Below are positions 41,757 through 53,500 of a stretch of 64,000 nucleotides of DNA, piece by piece. Within the stretch, counting starts at the first letter, position 1. Every line of letters begins with the position of its first letter. The stretch is from Camelus ferus (Eukaryota), in NCBI RefSeq assembly GCF_009834535.1, contig NC_045696.1, positions 19,532,001 through 19,596,000 of the forward strand, in the 5' to 3' direction. A model generated the notes under the pieces. That model did not search any database. It worked only from the letters and a program-made list of their open reading frames with translations, and was not told the origin of the DNA. The translations under genes and the position numbers were made by a program.

Positions 41757-41918
41757 CAAAGACTTGGAGAAATGCCTGCTTTTCATCTTCTCCTGCCTTA
41801 TTTGTGGCCCTGCAGACATACAGGGCCCCCATCACTACTGATTATGTTCCTGACAGTGAGTTCTGTATTGCTTCCTTTCAATGTGTACTTTTCGTTTTCT
41901 TCAATGAACTTCCCATTC
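41757..41918 (-). CDS. NCAM2: NCAM2 coding exon (approx. exon 7), C-terminal half of Ig3; carries an apparent +1 frameshift near 41821-41830
   Basis: Translates as (R)[32 protein letters not shown], one extra base, then [21 protein letters not shown](V). Acceptor tttcttctttag|G, donor TTTG|gtaagt. Length is 162 nt, whereas the phases of the neighbouring exons require 161. Confidence 0.95.
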
Positions 41919-43933
41919 CTAAAGAAGAAAACAGAGGTTGATCTTCATAAATCTGACTTCATCATCACTCAGGAGCAGATCATACTCAGCTTTTTAATCT
42001 GTAATTGTCAATCATTTCATGGCTACTGTCATTGATAGATAAGGCTATATTCCAATCAAAAGTACATTTGTATTATCTCAATAAATATATTGCATACGTA
42101 TTAACATTATACTTGAAAGTGTTTTGACTTTAGAGACAAAAATAACATTTGAGCTGTGTGGAAATCTTGACACTAATCTTAGGCAAAAGGCACTTTTGTT
42201 CAATTTGCACTTGGATTATTAGCAAAAAAAAAAAAAGGTTTTTAATTTTAAATCTACTTTTTATGTTGGCAAGACAACACATATTTATGAAACATTTTTA
42301 TTTATCAGGTTCTGGGACACTTTAAAATAACTTCTATGGAAACATGTTTCAAGAGTGTTTCAAAGTAAATGCAATTTAAATATGTAATGAATGAATTCAT
42401 ATTGCACACAGGTACTGCCAATAAAAGGATAAGAGATATGATTTAATTCATTAGTGAGGAGAAGAAATTTTTCTCAGAAGTATTTTTAAGCAGCTTCCAA
42501 GTTCTTTCTGGAATGAAACAGCGTTCATTTTTCTTCGATTCTAGTTTTGCTGTTCGCTAAAACAATGTCTTTCAACTTGTCTTACAATAACTTACAGTAA
42601 AAATATTTTAAATATGCATTTAAATCTGAAACAGCTTCTACAATTTCCCTTAATATGTGTGAAACATTCTTATAATACAACATATTCTTTTCCATTCTAT
42701 CTTATTCTCCTCATCTCCTCTTCCTTTTCTCTTTCCCTTTTTTAATTTGTCTTCATATATGTGTATGTATACACATGATGGTGTTTGGGACGGTAGCATT
42801 GATTTTAAGACCCACTAATGTAAAAATTTAGGATCTACTTTTAAGGGGTGGGGGAATTTCTTATCCATGCACGTTTAAATTAAAAAAAGAAATATCTAAA
42901 AGGATCATTAAAAAAACTTTCCTAGAATCATACAGAATATTTCCCTGATATTCTAAATGATCTTTCCAGTGAGTTCTGGTTCTGCTCTCTAGAAAGTACT
43001 AGCATGTATTTTAACAGTTCTTATTTTTCTATGACTCAGTAACATCTATTTTTCCAGTTTTTATTGACATGTCAAAATATATCATAAAATAACAAAAATT
43101 CATGAGTGGTGTGAAATATTAGGCATTTTTAAATACTAATGGCAAATGCATATAGGGCTCTGTGCTTTTATGTTTTTAAAATGTTTAATAATTATTTTTT
43201 TCAACTATGAATAATGACAGTGCTTCAGCAGTTTTGTCTAGAATTTTATGTATAGATAAGGCTTTCACCACAATTAGTGACAATATATTTCATAATCTAT
43301 TCCATGAAAAAGAATTCATTTGTCTCATCATCTTCATCACTAGAAATTTCAGCAATTTGTGGCTTAAAAAACACTTTCCCTATATTATTAACATGGTTAA
43401 ATTAGTCCATAGATGTACACTTTCCCTCTCCATCCTCATTCACAGATCAGAGAACTAAACTTTTAAGTGTGATTTCCCAACCCCTCAGTTCACAGATGAA
43501 AAGATTTAGGTTTACTCAGTAATGTAAGCAGCAGGTTAACTAAGTTCTAGTGTTTTTTAAGATAAAGAGATTATTTCTCTACTTCATGTGAAATATTGTG
43601 CTAAATGTCTGCAGTATAGCAAATGAGTGAGACATGGCCACCTAGCTTGAAGAATTAATAATCTGACTGGCAATGATGGGGATGATATCAATCCCATTGA
43701 CACATTTATTCATGACTTTGTGTGTGTGTGTGTTGGGGCAGGGTGAGGAGGGATCTGTTATAGCAGAAGCGAAGGGAAAAGATGATAGCTAGGAATACTC
43801 TGGGAATTTTAGTGGGAAAAAAAATCCATGATTTGGGCTTTGAAGTGGATGGGTAAGTCCTGAAGAATTTAAAGGAAGTCAGTTTTTAAAGATTATGTTC
43901 CCTTAAAGAGCTCAATTTAAAAATATCATTAGG

Positions 43934-44866
43934 GCAGACTACCTAAACAGACATTTCTTCAAAGAAAACACACCTATAAAGATGGCCAGTAGACACATGA
44001 AAAGAAGCCCAACATCATTGACTATCAGAGAAATGCAAATCAAGACTACACCAAGGTATCATTTCACATCAATCAGAATGGCCATCATTAAAACATCTAC
44101 AAATAACAAATGCTAGAGAGGGTGTACAGAAAAGGGAACCCTTCTATACTGTTGATGAGAATGTAAATTGGTGCAGCCACTATGGAAATCAGTATGGAGC
44201 TTCCTTAAAAAACTAAAAGTACAGTTGTCATATGATCCAGCAATCCCAATCCTGAGCATATATCTGGAGGGAACTCTTAATTTCAAAAGATACATGCACC
44301 CCAGTGTTCATAGCAGCACTATTTAAAATAGCCAAGACATGGAAGAAACATAAATGTCCACTGACAGATGAATAGATAAAGAAGAGGTGCACAGAATGGA
44401 ATAGCCATAAAAAATAATGAAATAATGCCATATGCAGCAACATGGATGGACCTAGAAATTACCATATTAAGTGAAGTAAGTCAGAAAGAAAAACAAATAC
44501 CATAGAATCACTTATATGTGGAATCTAAATTATGATACAAATGAATTTATTTATAAAAGAGAAACAGACTCACAGACATAGAAAACAAACTTATGGTTAC
44601 CAAAGGGGAAAGGAGGCAGGCGAGGGATAAATTAGGAGTTTAGGATTATCAGATACAAACTACTATATATAAAATAGATAAACAACAAAGACCTACTGTA
44701 TAGCTCAGGGAATTAGATTCAATATCCTGTATTAAACCATAATGGAAAAGAATATGAAAAATAATATATGTATATTCTATATATGTATAACTGGATCACT
44801 TTGCTGTACACCAGAAACTAACACAACATTGTAAATTAACAATACTACAATAAAGAAATAATTTAA
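43934..44866 (+). mobile_element. Relatively young L1 3' end (cetartiodactyl-type 3'UTR)
   Basis: acctaaacagacatttcttcaaaga...tatatataaaatagataaacaacaaagacctactgtatagc...ctttgctgtacaccagaaactaacacaacattgtaa...aataaa. Confidence 0.92.
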
Positions 44867-45104
44867 AAGATTACATTAAAGAATGATAACTCAGGTAATA
44901 GTTCTTAATAACTCTCTCCTAACAAACCTATTATACAGAATGTACCCATTGTTATTCACAGTACGCTTCTGTGGAATGTCAATGTAAGAAAAAGACTCTC
45001 AAAGGATCCTGATGAAATTCTAAACCCTTCACTAATTGCCACTTTTCCAGGCAAAAGAAAGAAAGGGTTGGATTAGGGGATTAATGAAATGATAAAGGGA
45101 GAAT

Positions 45105-46232
45105 ATTTCCACTTTTGACCATAATGGAATAAAAAGACCATATTTTACCCCCTAATTTTAAATGACACAAACATTGGACACAGGAATTAAATAATGATTT
45201 TCAACCATTGATCAACAGTTAGCACATGACAGTGACCTCTGAGGACCAATACAGCTTACTACCTGAAGACAGTTTCCAGACTGCAGCTCAGAGAGGAAGG
45301 TCCCAAACAGAGCCAGGCAGAGTATCTGCACTGTAAGACAAAGCTCCTAGTCGGGGGAAATTGAAACGGCTAGAATTTGCAGGCAAGAAAATGTGACAAA
45401 AGGCACAAGAAAGAGGACTACAGAGATCTGCACAGGCCTCCCAACCAATCTTTAACTGAGCACTGATTAGTGCATGCCAGTAAGGCTTTCCCAGACTAAG
45501 GAAAGAACCATTGGAAAAGACGAAGCTCAGCAATCCCAGGAGCTCACAAAAGACCAGGAGTAATCTGTATCCCTATCTACTACGCAGAGTAGAAAGACCT
45601 CCTAAAACACAAAGCATTAAGTTATCTCCTTACAAGACTACTGCATCCGTAACAAAGCCAAATTCATCCTAGACTGAAGGTTGTTCTGTATGCATCTAAA
45701 AGAGCCAAAAAACAAACCAAACTTTCCCCAAGTAACGTAGCTGCATCCAAAGCCAAAATAAAACAGCATGAAAATATCCAGCACCCCAAAACATAAAACT
45801 CTCAATGTCTGGTACCCAATAAAAACTTGATAGGATAGTAAATAAGTGGGAAAATATGACCTGTAAGAACAACAACAAAAAAATCAATCAATAAAAAAGA
45901 TCCAGAAATGATACATATGATAGAATTAGTAGACAAGACCATTAAAATAGCTGTTAGAATATATTCTATATGTTGAAGGAATTAAAATATAAGCAGGGTA
46001 AGAGAGGAATGAAAGACAAAAAAAATGGCCTCCATCAAACTTGTAAACATAAAAAATAGAATGATGAAAAATACTTGGTGGGATTAAGAGACGATTAGAC
46101 CTTACAAAAGGGTTTATTTCAAGGAGTGAAAGACTGTTTAAATATTTGAAAATCAATGGAATTCACCAATTTAAAGGGCTAACAATAAAACTCCATAGGG
46201 TATTCTCAATAGAAGTAGAAGAAACATTTGAA
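45105..46232 (+). mobile_element. Old L1M 5' region joined to a short ORF2 fragment
   Basis: L1M 5'-end motifs (cagcttactacctgaagacagtttccagactgcag), then a jump near 46108 to ORF2-like gggtttatttcaagg...agaagaaacatttga. Confidence 0.7.
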
Positions 46233-47960
46233 TGGAAAGGAAGAGATATTTAGAGTTTCCACTTCTACTCCCACTTTGGTTTCCCCCCCACGAAGTGCTC
46301 CTGGTTCTTTTTATGAAAATGTCTTATTTTTCCTCTATGGTTGGTCTTCAACTGTCTTCTTTACTGGCTTCACTCATACCTCTTGGAGATACTATCTCTG
46401 TGTAACAGATAGTGTTTGGATCTTTCTCTCTCTGGGTTGCTGCCCTAATACATACTGAACTTTTTTTCATGAAGATAATATGTCTATATCTACAGGTAAA
46501 TATGTCAAAATAAGTGTCCTTTTAATGTCAATTTTACCTCTGTTAAGGTCATTATATATATCCAATGGCTGGAATAATTACTATTTTATTCCATTCAAAG
46601 GGTGAAACTAATGTCATATGAAAAAATGGAGATGAAAACTTATGGATTAAATTAATCAATTATATTAGCCTCTGAATCTGATTTATTCTAGGCTGTATGA
46701 TAATTATATTTCCACTTACATATGAGAATTTTGAACAAATGTTTAACTTTGAGGGAAAAAAATCTAAACTCAAAGGCAGTCTCTCTGGAAAGATAAAATG
46801 ATGAAAATAAAATTCTGGAACATGAGTTGTCTGTTGTAATGAACGATCCAGGAGCTTTTCTGTGCTGCAATTAGATCTAATATTGGCCGTTAAGGATGTG
46901 CGCTAGAAAGCAGAAGTTTCTGAGATAAAGATAAGTATCTGGGGTAAATATGTTAATTCCTGATGTGTAATCTCTTAAAAAATACCAACAGTGTGTCAGA
47001 AAGGAATTACTGTCTGCAAAGAACATCTAAAAACAGTTGTCTGAAGAAATATCTTGTTCATCGCTACCTGCAACTGTTAAACAGATAAAGGTTTGAAACT
47101 TGAAGATAATATCGGCAAATGCTCAGAACGTTATAAAAAAACAGTTTGAATTTCAATTATTCTCCTTAAAATAGTTTTTTTGACACGTTTGTCAATTGGA
47201 ATATATTTTTCTATTTTTTTGTGATTATTATCCTACACAATTTATGAAAAGTTATTCTAAAAATAATTTGTAGCTTTGCTTGAGTAGTAACCTAAATTAA
47301 TAACTAATATATACTTAAAAGAGTGTTCATTTTTAAGCTTTCACTGTCTCTCTTTTAACACTGTGATCCACAGTCTAAAAGTATGGAACATTTTGATATC
47401 GGTTTTATGTTAATTGAAATAAAAAATATTTAAAAATAAAAAAATATAAAAGTAAATTGTCAAACAATAGATTTAGAATAGAGAATTTATTCATTTGAAC
47501 TTTTTTTACATAACAATTTATGGAAATTTAACTCTACATAACTAGCTTTTTTCTGTAATAATATGATATGCAATAAAATATACAATTATATTTAACAAAA
47601 TATCATTTTGTACTCATACAACAGTAGTGTCATCTACACTAAAATTCCCACTTCTGAGTACTCTAGTATTAACAATAAAGTGGTTGAATCAGTCACCGGG
47701 CTCCTGGGCCCATTTTGGCCAGAAACATGCCTTTTAGACAAAATGATCAGGACTATGAGTGCCTTTGACTTGTGTTAAATCACTCTGTTGTCATCTTTAA
47801 TTATTTAATTCAACCAACTTAACTGAAAACAAAAGCATCATTATTTTTAAATGAAAATCTAAAACAATGTTATCCTTTGAGACAAAATGATAATATTGTA
47901 AGTATTTTTCCTGAAGCCTGATTATGGACACAGCTAGAGAGACATGGGTGCATAACCTAC

Positions 47961-48078
47961 CTGTACCAGGAGATGGTGGGCTCGGGAGACCCAGAGGCCC
48001 TGCAGGAAAATGTCATCTCTTCTCCTCTTTCTGCTGTGGCATTAAAGGATTTCTGAGGCATTGTGATTGCTGGTGGCA
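47961..48078 (-). CDS. NCAM2: NCAM2 coding exon (approx. exon 6), N-terminal half of Ig3; 118 nt, phase 1 to phase 2
   Basis: Manual reverse-complement translation (V)[38 protein letters not shown](R) matches recalled NCAM2. Acceptor caactttttcag|TG, donor TACAG|gtaggt. Contains the Ig B-strand Cys, C-strand Trp and an N-A-T sequon. Confidence 0.97.
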
Positions 48079-50544
48079 CTGAAAAAGTTGCATGTAGATT
48101 AAACAGAGATGAAAAACATTTTACCAACACCATTGGGACTTTTTTACCATTTTTTTTTTAATGCTGAGCTTTAAAACTTGGTAGTTCACTTCTGTACTTA
48201 CATCAAGAGGACTGACCTGACTGCATAGTAAAATGACTTTAAAATCACTGATCAGCCATCTAATGTACAATAATTAGATAATTCACTGTTATGCTATATT
48301 AGTATTTTTAATCTATTAAACTAAACAATAAACTATTTTAGCAAATATATATGTATATATGTATATGTACACACACTTTAATGAATTATTTCTTGCAAAA
48401 AGACAGAGTATACCACCCTGACTTACATCAATACTGAGATCTACTTGGAGCGTAAATGGATTTCCTATTTGGGTTCTCATCAGTGTAAGTAATTCTATAA
48501 GCAATCACTCACTGCTTCAAGACAGGGCTTTCAAATTAAGTGTCAAACCATAATGTTCTTTCTGATTAACTACACTTAATTTCTTCAAACAACTATAGAA
48601 CATTTTACGTAGAGAAACTGCTTGATCCATAAAGAGTATGAAATAGATTTTCATGAACAATTCAATTTTAAAATTAAGCTTCCTCAATTTCTAACTAATT
48701 ACATTGCAAAAACTGTATATGCTGCACATTTTGAACATGTTGAAACTATTACCAAAATGCACTGTTTGCAATAAACAAATCAATGACATAACAGAAGCTA
48801 AATTTCAAAGCCCAACATAAATTCTGATTTAATGTACACTTTCATTATTTTCAATTGAATATGATGATACAATATGCCTATAATTAAAGATTTAAAATAT
48901 TTGATTTTTACATATCCTAAACATGACCAGACAGGCATTTAAAAGCCTGATTGTAATTAAACATCTCTACAATAGCATTCAGGTCAGCACTGATGCTGCA
49001 TTACTGCAGTTGATGGTGGGGTAGGAACTGATACGTACCTTAGTAATTAAGCACTATAAGTCAAGTTTCTGCCTTTATGAATTTAGATATAAGGGGCATG
49101 ACTTGACATGCTATCTGTAAAGTAACATAATAATTACTAGTATTACAATAGAATAGACTTTTTTTTCAGATGTTAACTGCATCTTAAGTCACTGAAAACT
49201 GACTTCCTGTATCCTGTTCTCCTTCTCTTCTAATTATGAAATAAAACATTTTAATCAACATGTATTGCTTTTCCTTTTGTTATTTATATATGCAGTTGCA
49301 AACATACTATGACTATTTCTGTTATAATAAAGATTTTAACTTAAGGAATTACAATGAAAATAAACTATTAGAAACTCTCTCTGTAGTGTTTTTGAAAATA
49401 AAAACATTTCCAAATGGAGAACCACATGCTCCAGTTCTTGTGCTGCTTCTGTTACCTAAATAAGTTATTTTTCCTTTACCATAATTTTCTTATCTATAAA
49501 GTAAACTGAATATGCTGGATAATCTCTAAAAATTGACAAATCTTAATCTCAATGTTTTATGATGTTAGTTCTGCTAATGATATACGTGTTCTTACTTGTA
49601 GCGTAGATTAGCAGAAAAATGTTAATACGGCATATTTAGATACTTTGAAGTACTTTGAAGAGTAATTCCAGAACTATTCCAGAGATTAATAGCATCAAAA
49701 TCTGCAGAGGTTTTCACTAAGTTAGATGTCAAGATGTTCAGGAAGTTTGTTACTCACTGTTTAGACTCTACTGTTTTTACATATATCACCTTATTGTTTC
49801 TGAATTCATTGTTGAGTTGGAGTAAATAATTTTAAAAGATATTATATTTATCTGAATTAATTTTTCTCCCACAAGATCAACATCTATTCTGATTTTTAAA
49901 AATATATTTTTTGCATTTCATTATATCTGAAAAATCCAATTTTAATAACTTTATCAAGATTTATATTCCATATCTGCTAAGTAATCAGTGCTTTCTGGCA
50001 AGCTTCTGTTTTCATACTTTAGCTACAAGAAACATACGGGTGTGTAAGGAAGTGGCTCCATAACTCACTTATATGGAGGCTCTGGTTCAACATCAAGTTA
50101 TAATTTCCCTCATTGGCTGCTTAGGCACCAAAGATATCACTAATTTAACACCTTAATTTCCTTTCATCAACAGTGGCATTCTATGTCTTCTGGGTCTTAC
50201 AGTCTTCCTCTATCCACTTTCCCTCAAATATTTCTTAGAAAATGATGAATATGGTACTAACCATGAAATACTTGTATGGTTCTGATTAACCAATACTAAT
50301 AATCTCTCCAACTTTATTCGTGATCAGGATGACAAACTCCACCCTCCCACTGTCAGGGAAGCAACTCTTTTTTAATTCACTGATTATTCAGATGTATCCT
50401 AAATATATATCAGCAAATGAATTCACATGTAGATCCTCTACTTTGCAGAAGACTGCTAATTTTAAAACTCACAGTGTTTTCTTATTTACCTATCCTTGTT
50501 TTTACTTTTAAGGCTGCAGGGCACTTAGACATTCACATAAGAGA

Positions 50545-53500
50545 GGATATGAGGAAGACAGCAGAGCAGGAACCAACAGGTATCTGTCTTCACACTACAT
50601 GCAACTGCACTGGCAGAATCTGTCTAATGTAACTATCTTGGAACTGGGGTCTATTGAATGCTTACAACTTCCAGACAAAAAAAATGGAAGACACACTGTG
50701 CTTAATACTGGTCAATTTCAGCTGGCAGTATAGTAGCAGCTACCTATCACCCTCCCCATCTAAGGCAGGCAGCTGTGCACATAATCTTGAAGCAGGATGA
50801 CCACAGAAAGCCAGGATAAGCAAAGAGGACTTTGTCATTCATATATGAAGGATCTGTGCACTGATCACTGACTGATGCTTTTGATCACAGAAGTGCAGAT
50901 GAAGAGGTAGCAGTGGCCACTGTTGTTGTACCCTGCACTGATTGCTGTGACAGCCACAGGCTGACACTCTTTCATACCCTCCCTTCATTTTTCCTTCTTA
51001 CCATTTTAAGAGCCAGACATTAAAGACCAGGGCATTCTAAAACAATGTATATACTGGACTTATTAGAAAGTGATCATGCCTGCTGAGGGAAAGGTGCAGG
51101 TTTAGAGAATACACAAGGTTACCTTAAGTTTACACCTCAAGCTGATCTTTGGCGTGGAGACAGACTACAATTAAAAACAAACAAACAAACAAACAAACAA
51201 AACCCCCAAACCAAAAAACAGTTAACAGTAAACCCTAGGGTTGAGAGAGAATCTGATTTCCACAGTAACCACGTTATTAGGTTCAAATACCCAGTATCCA
51301 ACAAAACGTTACAAGGCCTACAAAAACACAGGAAAGTATGGCCCATTGAAAGGAGAAATTAAATAAACAGAAACTGACCCTGAAAAAGACCTGAAGGTAG
51401 AGAAAGAGTTTGAAAGAATTATCTTAAAGATGCTCAAAGAACTAAAGGAAGAGGTGGAGGAATTCAAGTAATTTATGAACAAGCTAGAAATATATAAAGA
51501 GATAGAAAACCTAGAATGAAACCAAAAATAAACTCTGGAACTTACAAGGACAATAACTGAAAATGAAAAAAATCCATTTGAGGGAGCCACAGACAGATTT
51601 GAGCAAGTAGAAGAGTCAGTGAACATGAAATAGGTTAACGAAAATTTTAGCATTTGAGTAGAAAAAAAGACAAAAAGATTGAAAAAAATGAATAGAGCCT
51701 AAGGAACCAGTATGAGACACCATCAGGTAGACCAACAATCATACAGTGGGAGTCCCAGAAGGAGAAGAGAGAGAGAACATATGAAGAAATAATGGCTGAA
51801 AACTTCAGCTATAAATACAAACATCCAAGAAACTCAACAAACTACAACTAAACAAGTTCAGTGAGGACCAGGCCAAGACACATTATAATGAACTCCTCAA
51901 AAGCCAAAGGCAGAGAGAAACTCTTGAAAGCAGCAAGAGAGAAGTGACTCACAACATAAAGGGAGCCTCAATAACATTATCAACAGAGTTTGTATCAGAA
52001 ACTTAGAAGACAGAAGGCAGTGGGCTCATATATTCAAGTGCTAAAAGGAAAAAAATTAAAAAACAAAAAAACTGTCAACCAAGAAAACTATATCTGGGAA
52101 AACTGTCCTTCAACAGTGAGGGAGAAATTAAAATATTATTCTACTTTTTATTTTCTACATGATTTAAGTTAATATATTTTAAAAGAATATTAGTCTAAAA
52201 GCTAATTTATTTTAACTGTGTTTTGAAACTCCTAATTTTGTTTTCTACATAATTTGGGACCAATACATTTTAAAGAATTATCAGTTTAAGTTTTTGGACA
52301 CACAATGTATAAAAATGTAATTTTGTGACATCGATAACCAAAAGGGATGAGGATAAGCTATAAAAAAAGAGTAGAGTTTATTCATGCTATTGAAGTTAAG
52401 CTGGTCTAATTTCAAGTAACAGCTTTATAACTTTAGGATGTTAAGTGCAATATCACCAATAACACAAAGAAATTAGCTATGAAATATACACAAAAGGAAA
52501 TGAGAAAAAAATTTTAAGTTTCACTACCAAAAAAACACTATTAACAGAATACAGTAATATATGAAATAATGACAAAAAACTGTAAGACATTTAGAAAACA
52601 AATAGCAAAATGACAGAAGTCCTTTCTTATCAATAATTACTTTAAATGTAAATGAATTAAACTCTCTAATAGACAGAGATTGGCAGAATGGCTAAAATTC
52701 ATAATAAAATTATGTGCTATCCATTAGAGACTCACTATAGCTACAAAGACACAAACAAATAGAAAGTGAAAAAACAGAGAAAAATATAATAACCAAAAGA
52801 GAGCCAGGATGATGCTACAAATAGACAAAATAGACTTTAAATTTAAAAAAAAAAGTTTACAAGGGAATAAGATACTACAGAGTAATAAAAATTTAATAGA
52901 GCAAGGAAATATCACAAACATAAACATATATGCTCCTAATTATAGACCATTGAAATATATAAAACAAAAATAACAAGTTTGAAGGAAGATGTAATTCTAC
53001 AATAAAAGTTGGAGATTTCAATATTGCAGTCTCAATAATGGATTGAAATGACCAGACAGATGACAAGTAAGGAAGCAGAAGACTTACACAACACAATACA
53101 CCAACTAGATCTAGCAAACATATACAGAACACCCTACCCCAAAGTGAAAGCAAACACATTCTTCTCACGTGTACATAGGACATTTTTCAGAATAGCCCAT
53201 ATGTTATGCCACAAATTAATCTTAACTTAAGGAACTAGAATTTAAAAAAAACATAATCAATCCAAGCTAGCAGAAGGACATTAATAATAAATATTAGGAC
53301 AATTTTTTTAAATTAAGAACACAAAAAATACAAAATTAATGAAACCAGAAGTCTTTCATTAAGATCAACAAAATTGACAAAACTTTAGCTAGATGGACTA
53401 AGATAAAAGAGAAAGCTCAAATTACTAAAATCAGAAATGAACATGGGGATATTATTAACAATTATAAAGGAATAAAAAAGGATTTTAAGAGGACACTATA

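Noticed and set aside
46920..47110. Cluster of four AGATAA (GATA) motifs in intron 6
   Set aside because: Short AT-rich motifs are expected frequently at this base composition, and there is no independent evidence of enhancer function.
10274..48078. Calling NCAM2 a pseudogene
   Set aside because: There is only one lesion, next to a homopolymer run, and every other exon frame and splice site is intact. This is insufficient without read evidence.
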